From contig JAYWEM010000150.1 in assembly GCA_043779265.1 (NCBI GenBank), forward strand, positions 1-34,862: DNA of 34,862 nt, written 5' to 3'. Positions 24,865-34,038 of the stretch are shown here, piece after piece. The first letter of the stretch is position 1. Each line of letters begins with the position of its first letter. Source of the stretch: a bacterium. Lineage in GTDB: Bacteria > Eisenbacteria > RBG-16-71-46. Below the pieces are notes generated by a model. That model was not told the DNA's origin, ran no database searches, and saw only the letters and a program-made list of their open reading frames with translations. The position numbers and the translations under genes are program-made.

Positions 24865-26090
24865 AGCGCGTGCTGTATGTCACGACGACCTTCCCGACGC
24901 TGGCGGCGTTCATCGAGAACGAGGTGCACCGGCTCGTCGCGCGTGGCGTCCACGTACGGGTCCTCACGCTGCGCGGCGTGAGTCGGGAGCATCAGCCCGA
25001 GCACGCGGCACTCGTGCCGCTGACCATGGCGATCGGCTCGCCTCTGGACCTCGCGGGCTGGTGGGAGTTGCTCGGGTGGCTGGTCCGCCGTCCGCACGTT
25101 CTCGTGCCCGATGTGCTTCGCGTGCTGTGGGCTTCCCGCGGCAGCGTCTATGCCCTTGCGGGCCATCTCGCGTACCTGCCGGCCGCGGCCCGCACCGCCA
25201 CGATCGCGCGCCGCGAGCGATTCGAGCGCGTCCACGGCGCGTGGGCGCACTTCCCGGCTACCGTCGCCTATCTCGCCTCGCGCTTGGCCGGATGTCGCTT
25301 CAGCATGGCGGCTCATGCCGGAGCCGACCTCTATCGCACACGCGCCTTCCTCGCCGAGAAGGTGCGCGCCGCCGACTTCGTCACGGCGTGTGTCCGCGGC
25401 AACGCCGACATGCTCCGCTCGCTCGCGGGCGAGGGCCGCGGCCGCGTGGTCTGGCTCTACCATGGCACGGACCTCGCGCGGTTCGGCTCCATCGTGAAGG
25501 CGCGAGTGGAACAGCCGATGCTCCTCGTCGTGGGGCGACTCGCTCCGGCCAAGGGCTTCGATGACGCGGTGATGGCTCTGGGGCGGCTGAGGACGCGCGG
25601 CGTGCACGCCCGTCTCGTCGTCGTGGGCGATGGTCCGGAGCGCGCCCGACTCGAGTCGCTCGCGCTCGAGCACGGCGTTCGTGAACAGGTCGAGTTCCTC
25701 GGGTCCCTGACGCACGACGCGATCGTCCCGCTGTATGCATCCGCCTGGGCCCTGCTCGCGCCGAGCAAGGTGCTCGCCAATGGCCGTCGCGACGGGATCC
25801 CGAACGTGGTGATCGAGGCGATGGCGGCGGGGATCCCGGTCGTGGGCACGCGCGCAGCGGGACTCGAGGAGGCCATCGAGCCCGGCGTGACCGGGATGCT
25901 CGCCGATCCCGGCGACCCGGACGCGCTCGCGGCCGCCATCGAGCCGCTGGTCCGCGATGCGGAACTTGCGGATCGGATGGGACTCGCCGCGCGATCGCGC
26001 GTCCAGAGTCAGTTCGATGCGGCACTCAACTTCGAGCGGCTGTGGCGGTTGTTCGCCTCCGACGGACGCGAGGGGGCGGCATGCGCGTGA
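24861..26090 (+). CDS. Glycosyltransferase family 4 (WcaL/AmsK-like)
   Basis: FPTLAAFIENEV, AHAGADLY, VGRLAPAKG, RDGIPNVVIEAMAAGIPVV. Confidence 0.92.
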   Translation: MKRVLYVTTTFPTLAAFIENEVHRLVARGVHVRVLTLRGVSREHQPEHAALVPLTMAIGSPLDLAGWWELLGWLVRRPHVLVPDVLRVLWASRGSVYALAGHLAYLPAAARTATIARRERFERVHGAWAHFPATVAYLASRLAGCRFSMAAHAGADLYRTRAFLAEKVRAADFVTACVRGNADMLRSLAGEGRGRVVWLYHGTDLARFGSIVKARVEQPMLLVVGRLAPAKGFDDAVMALGRLRTRGVHARLVVVGDGPERARLESLALEHGVREQVEFLGSLTHDAIVPLYASAWALLAPSKVLANGRRDGIPNVVIEAMAAGIPVVGTRAAGLEEAIEPGVTGMLADPGDPDALAAAIEPLVRDAELADRMGLAARSRVQSQFDAALNFERLWRLFASDGREGAACA

Positions 26091-27205
26091 TGCACGTGGT
26101 CGAGGCCATGCATCAGGGCGGCGCCGAGTCGTTGGTGATCGAGCACGTGCGCCGCGCGGCTCGCGGGATCGAGAGCTTCGTGGTCGCGCTGAATCGAGGC
26201 GGCCCCTCACTCGAGGCGGCCCAGGCGGCTGGGGCGACCTGTCATGTCCTCGGCAAGGGCGGCGCGCGCGCGAGCGGCCTCGTGCGACTGACGCGGCTTT
26301 TGCGTGAGCATCGGATCGATGTCGTGAACGGGCACAATCCGACGGGGGCGCTCTACGGCACGATCGCGGCGCGGCTTGCGGGCGTACCGGTCGTGATCCG
26401 AACCGAGCACAGCATCCACTATCCGGGGCGGGGCTTCCGATTCTATGGACCGATCGAGGCCGTGCTGACGGCGCTCTCCGACCGCGTCATCTGCGTCTGC
26501 GAGGCTTCGCGAGCGAGTCACGCACCGCGCTTCGCATGGGCGGGCGGACGATTCGTCACTGTCGCCAACGGGATCTCCGAGGAGAGCGAGCGCCCGGATC
26601 GCGCTAGCGCTCGCCGGGAACTCGGGATCCCGATGGACGCGCGTGTCGTCCTCACGGTCGGGAGCCTGACGCCGCAGAAGTCCCAGGATGTCCTGCTTCG
26701 CGCCTTCTCGGAAGTCGCGCGTGCGATCCCCGAGGCGCTCCTCTTGATCGCGGGCGAGGGACGACTCGAGGCGCGGCTGCGGGCACTCCACTCGGAACTG
26801 GCCCTTGGCGAGTCGGCGCGATTCCTCGGCGCCCGTGGCGATGTCCCCCTGCTGATGGCCGCGTGCGATGTGTTCGTGCTCTCCAGTTCACGAGAAGGGC
26901 TTTCCGTCACGCTGCTCGAGGCGATGCGCGCCGGGCGCGCCTGTGTCGCGACCGACGTCGGTGGCAATCCCGAGGCGGTCGCCGATGGCGAAACCGGCCG
27001 GATCGTGCCGATGGGCGACCCCGAGGCTCTAGCGGGTGCGCTGCGGGACCTGCTCTCGGATGTTGCGGGCTGCGCGCGAGCGGGCGAATCGGGAGAGCGA
27101 CGGTTCCTCGAACGATTCACTGCGGCCCGCATGGTCCGTCAGACCGAGGCGATCTACGCGGATGCCCTCATCGCGAAGGGGAGGCTCGCACATGAGCCGG
27201 CTTGA
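26081..27205 (+). CDS. Glycosyltransferase family 4
   Basis: MRVMHVV..GGAE, TEHS, VANGI, VGSLTPQKSQ, SSSREGLSVTLLEAM, TDVGGNPE. Confidence 0.92.
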   Translation: MRVMHVVEAMHQGGAESLVIEHVRRAARGIESFVVALNRGGPSLEAAQAAGATCHVLGKGGARASGLVRLTRLLREHRIDVVNGHNPTGALYGTIAARLAGVPVVIRTEHSIHYPGRGFRFYGPIEAVLTALSDRVICVCEASRASHAPRFAWAGGRFVTVANGISEESERPDRASARRELGIPMDARVVLTVGSLTPQKSQDVLLRAFSEVARAIPEALLLIAGEGRLEARLRALHSELALGESARFLGARGDVPLLMAACDVFVLSSSREGLSVTLLEAMRAGRACVATDVGGNPEAVADGETGRIVPMGDPEALAGALRDLLSDVAGCARAGESGERRFLERFTAARMVRQTEAIYADALIAKGRLAHEPA

Positions 27206-28322
27206 GCCCACGGGCACCTTGCTCGGAACGCTGGCCGCGCTCGGCGACATCGGCGTCGTGGGCAGCGCGCGTCTCCGTGCGTCGAGCGAGGGCTGGGACG
27301 CCCCGTTCGCTTCGCTTCGGCCGCTGCTCGCGGATGCCGACGCGGCCTTCGCGAATCTCGAGTTCCCGATCGGAGAGCGCGCGTGGGTGCGCGAGGGGCG
27401 TTCGGAGGAATTCTTCCACGACGCCGACGTGGCCGGCGCGCTCGTGCGCGCCGGCGTGAGCGTCGTATCGCTTGCGAACAACCACATGATGGATTGCGGT
27501 CCGCAGGGACTGACGCGCACGCTCGAGGTCTGCCGTGCCGCCGGACTCGCGACCGTCGGCGCAGGTGAGGACCTCGCGACTGCTCGCACGCCGTGGCGAG
27601 CCACGTTGAATGGACGTCGGTGGGTGATGTTGGCCTACGGGACGACCCAGGGGGATGCGGCGAGCGTCACATCACCCGGCATCGCACCGCTCGAGGCCGC
27701 ACTCGTCGCAGCCGATATCGCGCGTTGGCGTCCCGAGGCAGATGTGCTGGTGGTGAGCGCTCATTGGGGCTCGATGTACGTGGACTATCCGCCGCCTCGC
27801 GTGCTCGAGGCGGCGAAAGGTATCGCCGCTGCCGGTGCCGACATCGTGCTCGGCCATCATCCGCACGTGCTGCAAGGCGCCGAGCGGGTCGGCCGGTCCC
27901 TGGTGGCCTACAGCCTCGGTGATGCGGTCTTCAACTGCCGCGCAGGCGACTTCCACTCGCAGGTGGCGGCCGACAAGCGTCTGGAGAGTGGCGTGTTCCT
28001 TGCGCAGGCGGCGAGCGATGCGCATGGACTGACGCTTCGGCCCACGCGCCTCGACCAGGATGGGTTCCCCGGTGTCGTGAGCCTGGCGGACGCTGAGGCC
28101 TCGATCGAACGCTGGAACGGACTCTCTGCAGGCCTCGCCGCAGGCGAGCGCGCTTTCGCCGAGGGCAGCGCTTCCACGCTGCTGCAGTACGAGGTGCAGA
28201 GCCTCGCGACGTATGTGAGGCAAGGCAGGTGGGGGCGCGTGCTGCGCCTGCTCGGAAGTGTCCGGCCACGTCACTTGCCCGTGCTGTGGCATGCCCTTTC
28301 GAGAAGGGCGGGTCCGCGATGA
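27192..28322 (+). CDS. CapA/PgsA family (PGA_cap) metallophosphoesterase-fold protein
   Basis: ALGDI, FANLEFP, SLANNHMMDCG, SAHWG, GHHPHVLQ, YSLGDAVF. Confidence 0.88.
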   Translation: MSRLEPTGTLLGTLAALGDIGVVGSARLRASSEGWDAPFASLRPLLADADAAFANLEFPIGERAWVREGRSEEFFHDADVAGALVRAGVSVVSLANNHMMDCGPQGLTRTLEVCRAAGLATVGAGEDLATARTPWRATLNGRRWVMLAYGTTQGDAASVTSPGIAPLEAALVAADIARWRPEADVLVVSAHWGSMYVDYPPPRVLEAAKGIAAAGADIVLGHHPHVLQGAERVGRSLVAYSLGDAVFNCRAGDFHSQVAADKRLESGVFLAQAASDAHGLTLRPTRLDQDGFPGVVSLADAEASIERWNGLSAGLAAGERAFAEGSASTLLQYEVQSLATYVRQGRWGRVLRLLGSVRPRHLPVLWHALSRRAGPR

Positions 28323-30484
28323 ACCTCGAACGTTGGAGCACCCGGACGCCGCTTCCGACGGAATTCGAGGTGCGATGGAGCGAGTGGGCGCAGGCGGCCC
28401 CGCTCACCAACTTCTCGATCCGGCTCGACCACGCTCGGTGGGATGCATCGTGCGGCAGGCATGCGACCCTGGTCATGGCCGAAGCTTCGGGCCGCCGACT
28501 CATTCTCGTGATGCGCGAGGTGGACGGCGAGTTCCATTGCGGGTGGCCGTGGCGCTGGCAGGCCGCGATGTGCGATGAGGGTGCGGGCCGCGGCCCCGGT
28601 CCTTCCGAGACCGAAGCCAGGTTGATGTTCGAGGCCGCTCAGGAGGCGGCACACGGCATCCGCCTTCGCATGCACCTTCCCGTCGATCCGGGGAGTCGGT
28701 ATCCCGGGTTCCGCACCGGTGTGACGATCATCCAGCGCATCGATGTGTCGGACCAGGAGTTGCTCGAGAGCATGGACTCGAACAAGCGCCGACTGCATCG
28801 CCGCGCGATCCGCGAGGGATTCCTCGTGCGCCTCGGCGACCGGCCCGAGGACCATCGCATCTACGGGGAGCTCGACCGTGGGGCCATGCAGCTGCGAGGC
28901 GATGTGCCGCCCGAGCCCGTGGATGATCCAGGACCTGGCATCGGATGGCGCGAGTGGGAGCATCCGTGGATGCGGCTCCTCGTTGCGGAACGCGAGGGAC
29001 GGGTCGAGGCGTGTGTCGGTGATGGCATCGCGCCCGGCGCGATGGTCGATGGCCGCTCCGCGGTCACCTCGCTCGAAGCTCGGAAGGCCGGTGTGATGGC
29101 GCTGCTGTGCCTCGAGGAAGCGCGACTTCACCGCGACGATGCACACCGCTGGCTCAATCACGGCGGCGACACGACCTTCAAGCGGGAGGTCTCGGGGAGG
29201 CTCGGGACACGGCTCGTGATGTACGGCTGGCTGGGCGGCGGGCGGCGCCATGCGCTGGCCAATCATTCCGAGGCGCTGCTCTGGCGGACGCGCCCGACGA
29301 TCGCCTCGTGGGTGCGTGCGGTGGGCCGGTCGCTGCCGCGGCTCGCCGAGCGCAGCACGCCATCGGTCCCCTCGATCCCCGCGGCCGCCGAGCCGGCATC
29401 GCTCACCCGGGCGAGCAAACCCGAAGCGGCTTCCCCCATGACTTCCCCGGCGGGCGTCGGCGGAGCCGCGGCTGCGGTCCGGACGTGGTCCACGGATCAG
29501 CCGGTCGACGCCTCGTTCATGCGCGCATGGCAGAGACGACTCGACACGAGCGGACGGGCGCACTTCTCGTTGCGGCCGGAGTGGCTGCATGCCGAGGCCG
29601 AACAGGGTCGCATCTGCCGCGCCATCCTGATCGATGAGCCCGACCTGAATGCCGCCATCGTGCTGAGGCGCGAGCGCGAGGGATGGGTGTGTGGCCGTCC
29701 GTGGCGCTCGCAGATCCTGTTCGAGGATGCTTCCGACTCCGCACCCGGGATGGAGGCGCTCGGTTTGCTGCGCGTGCTCGGTCACATGAGCGGCCAAGTG
29801 GCGCCGCAACCACTGGAATTGTTCGTTCCCTGTGTTCCGAACGGCCCGCGCGGTCGAGCGGCCGGGCGCACGCTCATGCGTTCACTGCGTGACGATGACG
29901 AGACGTTCTTCTCGAGTCTCTCGGAAGAGACGCGTGTCGACATCCAGCGCACGCTCGATGAGGGGTGGGAGGTCCGGCTCGCGTCGAGTCCCGGTGAGTG
30001 GGAGGCATTCCGAACGCTTCAGGTCGAGGCCGCCGATCGACGCGCCGGGGACCGCCCAGCCGGCGTGCCGCATCCGATCGCACCGGATGTGGCGTGGCTC
30101 CCGCAGGAGTCCGCATGGCAGTGGCTCTTCGTCGCGCTCAAGGACGGCGCTCTCCAAGGTGGCTCCGGCTTCGGCTGGGCCCCGGGCGGCTTCGCTGACT
30201 ACATGACACGCGCCTACTCGGAGGACGCTCGCCGGGCGGGCGTGAACACGTTGCTGACTTGGACGGCGATGCAGCACGCTCGCGAGGCCGGTTGCCGCTG
30301 GATCAACTGGTGTGGGGCAACGCGATTCGATCGACAGTTCGGCGGGGACCAGGTGGAGTTCGACCGCATCCAGATGGGCGGGCCAGGATGGTCGGCGACC
30401 GAGCAGATCGGCTCGGCGGCCCAGAACACGATGCAGGCGATGACCGAGTGGTTCAAGGGCGCACGAAAGGGGAAGCAGTCATGA
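28319..30484 (+). CDS. Internally duplicated FemAB-like/GNAT acyltransferase
   Basis: Two homologous halves (WST..W..FS.R..CG.PWR.Q; LLESMDSNKRRLHRRAIREG vs FFSSLSEETRVDIQRTLDEG; ARKAGVMALL..RWLNHGG..FKRE vs ARRAGVNTLLTW..RWINWCG..FDRQFGG) joined by a Pro/Ala linker; ATGA overlap. Confidence 0.7.
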   Translation: MNLERWSTRTPLPTEFEVRWSEWAQAAPLTNFSIRLDHARWDASCGRHATLVMAEASGRRLILVMREVDGEFHCGWPWRWQAAMCDEGAGRGPGPSETEARLMFEAAQEAAHGIRLRMHLPVDPGSRYPGFRTGVTIIQRIDVSDQELLESMDSNKRRLHRRAIREGFLVRLGDRPEDHRIYGELDRGAMQLRGDVPPEPVDDPGPGIGWREWEHPWMRLLVAEREGRVEACVGDGIAPGAMVDGRSAVTSLEARKAGVMALLCLEEARLHRDDAHRWLNHGGDTTFKREVSGRLGTRLVMYGWLGGGRRHALANHSEALLWRTRPTIASWVRAVGRSLPRLAERSTPSVPSIPAAAEPASLTRASKPEAASPMTSPAGVGGAAAAVRTWSTDQPVDASFMRAWQRRLDTSGRAHFSLRPEWLHAEAEQGRICRAILIDEPDLNAAIVLRREREGWVCGRPWRSQILFEDASDSAPGMEALGLLRVLGHMSGQVAPQPLELFVPCVPNGPRGRAAGRTLMRSLRDDDETFFSSLSEETRVDIQRTLDEGWEVRLASSPGEWEAFRTLQVEAADRRAGDRPAGVPHPIAPDVAWLPQESAWQWLFVALKDGALQGGSGFGWAPGGFADYMTRAYSEDARRAGVNTLLTWTAMQHAREAGCRWINWCGATRFDRQFGGDQVEFDRIQMGGPGWSATEQIGSAAQNTMQAMTEWFKGARKGKQS

Positions 30485-31356
30485 GCGGGAACATCCGGGA
30501 TGCACGAGTGGCGTTCGACGAGTTCGTGCGATGGACCATCGAGAAGGAGTACCGCGCCGTTCAGGATCGACTGCCCGACGGCGAGCGCGAGGCTTTCGCC
30601 GACTACTACAAGAATCTCCCGAAGCCCGGTCAGGAGTCGGCGATCCGTCGCTATCTGCGCGGCTTCTGGCGAAGTGATGCCGGTTGGACGTCGCGATGGC
30701 TGGTGAATCGTGCTCGCAGCACGGGACGAGCGCCTCGCGTGCTGGATGCAGGCTCGGGATTCGGGACCTACAGCATGTTGTACGCCTCGGTCGGCGGAGA
30801 TGTGCTGGGCGCCGATCTGAGACCCGACCGCCTCGCCGCCGCCGAGAAGCGCCTCGCCTTCCACCGTGAAGCGACGGGGAGGACGCTCTCGGTCCGTTAT
30901 GCGCGTGCCGACCTGACGCGCGCCTGGGACGCGCGCTACGACTTGGTCTGGGTGTACAACGCGCTTTCGCACATCGATCCGCTGGAGGGTTTTCTCGCGC
31001 AGGTCCGGACGCACCTCGAGCCGGGAGGCGTGCTGGTGATCGGCGACATCAACGGCGCCCATCCCGAGCATCTCGAGCGATTGAAGTCGCTGCGCGGCGA
31101 CGATGTGCATCAGGTCTACACAGCCCCCGACGGCCAGCAGCACACCTATGCCGTCGAGCGGCCGTTCCCGCCCGCGGAACTCCGGAAGATCATGGCTTCG
31201 AATGGTCTCCGCATGGTGCACCATGAATTGTACTGGGGCGGGCTCGGCGCGCTTCCCGAACCCGTCTATCGCATGACCATGGATCCGCTCCAGCGCCTGT
31301 GGTGGCTGGGTCACGGTGTCGCACGGCGGCAGTTGGCGGTCGCGACGGTGGCCTGA
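30481..31356 (+). CDS. Class I SAM-dependent methyltransferase
   Basis: RVLDAGSGFG, GADL, YDLVWVYNALSHI, LEPGGVLVI; ATGA overlap. Confidence 0.9.
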   Translation: MSGNIRDARVAFDEFVRWTIEKEYRAVQDRLPDGEREAFADYYKNLPKPGQESAIRRYLRGFWRSDAGWTSRWLVNRARSTGRAPRVLDAGSGFGTYSMLYASVGGDVLGADLRPDRLAAAEKRLAFHREATGRTLSVRYARADLTRAWDARYDLVWVYNALSHIDPLEGFLAQVRTHLEPGGVLVIGDINGAHPEHLERLKSLRGDDVHQVYTAPDGQQHTYAVERPFPPAELRKIMASNGLRMVHHELYWGGLGALPEPVYRMTMDPLQRLWWLGHGVARRQLAVATVA

Positions 31357-31369
31357 GGCCACCCGCACC

Positions 31370-33175
31370 ATGCGCATTCTCTTCCTCACGCAGTACTTCC
31401 CTCCGGAGACCGGAGCGGCTCCGGTGCGCGCGCTGCATCTGGCACGCGCGCTCGTCCGCGCCGGGCACGAAGTGCGCGTGCTGACCGGCCTGCCGAATCA
31501 TCCCTCCGGGGAGGTCGCGGCGGACTATCGGGGAGCAGCCGGCCGGCGTGAGGAAATGGAGGGGATCGGGGTCGAGCGTGTCTGGCTGTGGGCCAGCCCG
31601 CGCAAAACGGCGGTGTCGCGCTTGATGAACCATGCGAGTTTCGCCGCGTGTGCACTCGGGCCGGCGCTGCGGGGCCCTCGCCCTGACATCGTGATCGCGA
31701 GCACGCCGCCGTTGTTCCATGGCGTGACCGCACTGCTGGCCTCGCGCTGGCACGGCGCGGCATTCGTGGATGACTGTCGTGATGACTGGCCCCACGCTGC
31801 GATCGCCCTCGGCGAGATGCGCGAGGGGTTGGTGGCCCGTGCACTGGATGCAGTCGCGCAGTCCTTCCAACGCCGCGCCAGCCGCATCTTCGTCGTCACG
31901 CCCGGGATGCAGCGCCAGCTCGCCTCGCGTGGCTTCGAAGCCCATCGCCTCGTGTACCTTCCGAATGGGGCCGACACGGAGCTCTTCCGTCCCGCACCGT
32001 CTGACGCGCGACCGGAGCGGCCATTCACGGTCGTGTATGCGGGCACCCATGGGCTCGTGCATGGGATGGATGCGTTGCTCGATGCCGCCGCTCTGCTCTC
32101 GGGCGAAGGTGTTCACATGCGATTCGTGGGCGACGGCGTGGCGCGACCGGGTCTGGAGCGACGCGCGCGTGAGCAGGGCCTCGAGCACGTTCGATTCGAG
32201 GACAGCGTGCCGCCGGAGGAACTCGTCGGCATCCTGCAATCGAGTGACGCGTGCCTGGCGACGACCCGGGCCAGCGCCTTCGCGGGCGAGACCGTCCCGG
32301 TCAAGTTGTTCGACTCGCTCGCCTGCGGTGTGCCGCTCGTGGCGGCGGTGCGTGGGGATGCGGCCGCCGTGGTCGAGGCTTCGGGGGGCGGGCTCGTCGT
32401 CGATCCGGAGGATGGAGCCGCGATCGCCGGTGCCATCCGACAGTTGCGCGACGATCCTGCGCTGCGCCAGCGACTCGCCTCCGCCGGACCGGTCTGGGTC
32501 GCAGAGCATCGTTCGAGGCGGGCGCTCGGGGCGGCCGCATCTCGGGTGCTGGAAGCGGTTCGACAGGAGAAGCATGGTCGCGCCATCCCCCACAAACCAG
32601 AGGGACTGCACCGCGGGCTCAAGCGCATGATCGATGTCGTGACGAGTCTGACGGGGCTCGTACTCGGGGCACCGGTCATGCTGGGCATCGCAGTGGCGAT
32701 CCGGTTGGATTCGGCTGGTCCGGTGCTCTTCCGACAGCGACGCAGTGGGAGGGGCTCGAGCGAGTTCGTCATGCTCAAGTTCCGGAGCATGGCCGCGGGG
32801 ACTCCGGATGTCGCGACCCACCTGGTCGATCCGAGCGCGATCCGCGTGACGCGCGTCGGGGCCTTCCTCCGCCGCACCAGCCTCGATGAGTTGCCGCAAC
32901 TGTGGAACATCCTGCAAGGTGACATGTCGCTCGTCGGGCCTCGACCCGCGCTCCACAATCAGCACGATCTCATCGCACTGCGCCAACAGGCGGGTGTGGA
33001 CGCCCTCGTTCCGGGGTTGACGGGATGGGCGCAGGTGAACGGACGAGACGATATCCCGATGGACCGGAAAGTGGCGTTCGATCGCGAGTACCTCGATCGC
33101 CTCTCGCTGCCGCTCGACCTGCAGATCCTCATGCGCACCGCACTCGCGGTGTTCACCGCCCGGGGGGCCCGTTGA
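31370..33175 (+). CDS. Fusion of GT4 (WbuB/CapL-like) and monotopic phosphoglycosyl transferase (CapM/PglC-like)
   Basis: MRILFLTQYFPPETGA..LTGLPNHPSG, YAGTHGLVHG, PVKLFDSLACG; then KRMIDV..GPVLFRQRR..KFRSM..TPDVATHL..LRRTSLDELPQLWNILQGDMSLVGPRP..PGLTGWAQVNGRD. Confidence 0.92.
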   Translation: MRILFLTQYFPPETGAAPVRALHLARALVRAGHEVRVLTGLPNHPSGEVAADYRGAAGRREEMEGIGVERVWLWASPRKTAVSRLMNHASFAACALGPALRGPRPDIVIASTPPLFHGVTALLASRWHGAAFVDDCRDDWPHAAIALGEMREGLVARALDAVAQSFQRRASRIFVVTPGMQRQLASRGFEAHRLVYLPNGADTELFRPAPSDARPERPFTVVYAGTHGLVHGMDALLDAAALLSGEGVHMRFVGDGVARPGLERRAREQGLEHVRFEDSVPPEELVGILQSSDACLATTRASAFAGETVPVKLFDSLACGVPLVAAVRGDAAAVVEASGGGLVVDPEDGAAIAGAIRQLRDDPALRQRLASAGPVWVAEHRSRRALGAAASRVLEAVRQEKHGRAIPHKPEGLHRGLKRMIDVVTSLTGLVLGAPVMLGIAVAIRLDSAGPVLFRQRRSGRGSSEFVMLKFRSMAAGTPDVATHLVDPSAIRVTRVGAFLRRTSLDELPQLWNILQGDMSLVGPRPALHNQHDLIALRQQAGVDALVPGLTGWAQVNGRDDIPMDRKVAFDREYLDRLSLPLDLQILMRTALAVFTARGAR

Positions 33176-34038
33176 CCTCCAGCTCACTGCCGCTCGCCAT
33201 GCCTGCCCATCGCGGATTGATGGCACAGGGCATCGCGCTGCTCGCGATGGTGGCGCTCGTCCATCATCGGACGTTCGTGTCGCTGTGGCAGACGTGGCAC
33301 ACCAACGAGAACTACTCGCACGGACCGCTCGTGCCGCTCGTCACGCTGTTCCTCATCTGGGATCGGCGCGACCGGCTCCGCGCGGCGGCGATCTCCCCGG
33401 ACTCGCGGGGCCTGGCGCTCACGGCAGCCGCCTGCCTCATGCAAATCGTGGGCGTTCGTGCGGACGTGTTCGCCCTGCAGTGCTGGTCGCTGCTGCCGCT
33501 CATGCTCGGGCTGGCCATGACGTTCCTCGGAACGCGGATCGCACGGATGCTCACCTTCCCGGTGCTCTACCTCGGTTTCATGCTGGTGTTCCCGCCGGTC
33601 GTGATGAATCAGTTGAGTTTCCAGCTCAAGGAGATCGCGCTCTCGGGTGCGACCGCGCTGGCGCCGCTGCTCGGTGCCGATCTCCGCGTCGACGGGATGT
33701 CGATTTTCGTCGGAGGCGGAGAACTACGAGTGGAGGACCCGTGCTCGGGGCTCCGCTCACTTCTCGCCCTGATCGCGACCGGCACGTTGTTCGCCTACTT
33801 GCAGCCCGGAGGCGGATGGCGGCGAGCAGCCGTACTGCTTGCCACCATCCCGATCGCGGTCGCGAGCAATGTCCTCCGACTGCTCGCGCTCATCCTCGCC
33901 GCCGATGCGAAAGGTGTGGTGTGGGCCGCCGCCGGGTTCCATGACGTGATGGGCTATGTGCTCTATGCGTTCGCGCTGCTCGTTCTGATCGGTATCCGCG
34001 GACTCCTCTCGCCGCGCGCCAAGGCGGTGGTCCGATGA
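33172..34038 (+). CDS. Exosortase (EpsH/Xrt family)
   Basis: ENYSHGPLVP, FPVLYLGFMLVFP, catalytic Cys VEDPCSGLRS, Arg SNVLR, His FHDVMG. Start is TTG 33172 (overlapping the upstream stop) or ATG 33199. Confidence 0.92.
   Translation: MTSSSLPLAMPAHRGLMAQGIALLAMVALVHHRTFVSLWQTWHTNENYSHGPLVPLVTLFLIWDRRDRLRAAAISPDSRGLALTAAACLMQIVGVRADVFALQCWSLLPLMLGLAMTFLGTRIARMLTFPVLYLGFMLVFPPVVMNQLSFQLKEIALSGATALAPLLGADLRVDGMSIFVGGGELRVEDPCSGLRSLLALIATGTLFAYLQPGGGWRRAAVLLATIPIAVASNVLRLLALILAADAKGVVWAAAGFHDVMGYVLYAFALLVLIGIRGLLSPRAKAVVR

Noticed and set aside
27192..28322. Poly-gamma-glutamate capsule operon
   Set aside because: Only a CapA-family gene is present, with no capB/capC/capD(ggt); the capD here is the unrelated sugar dehydratase.
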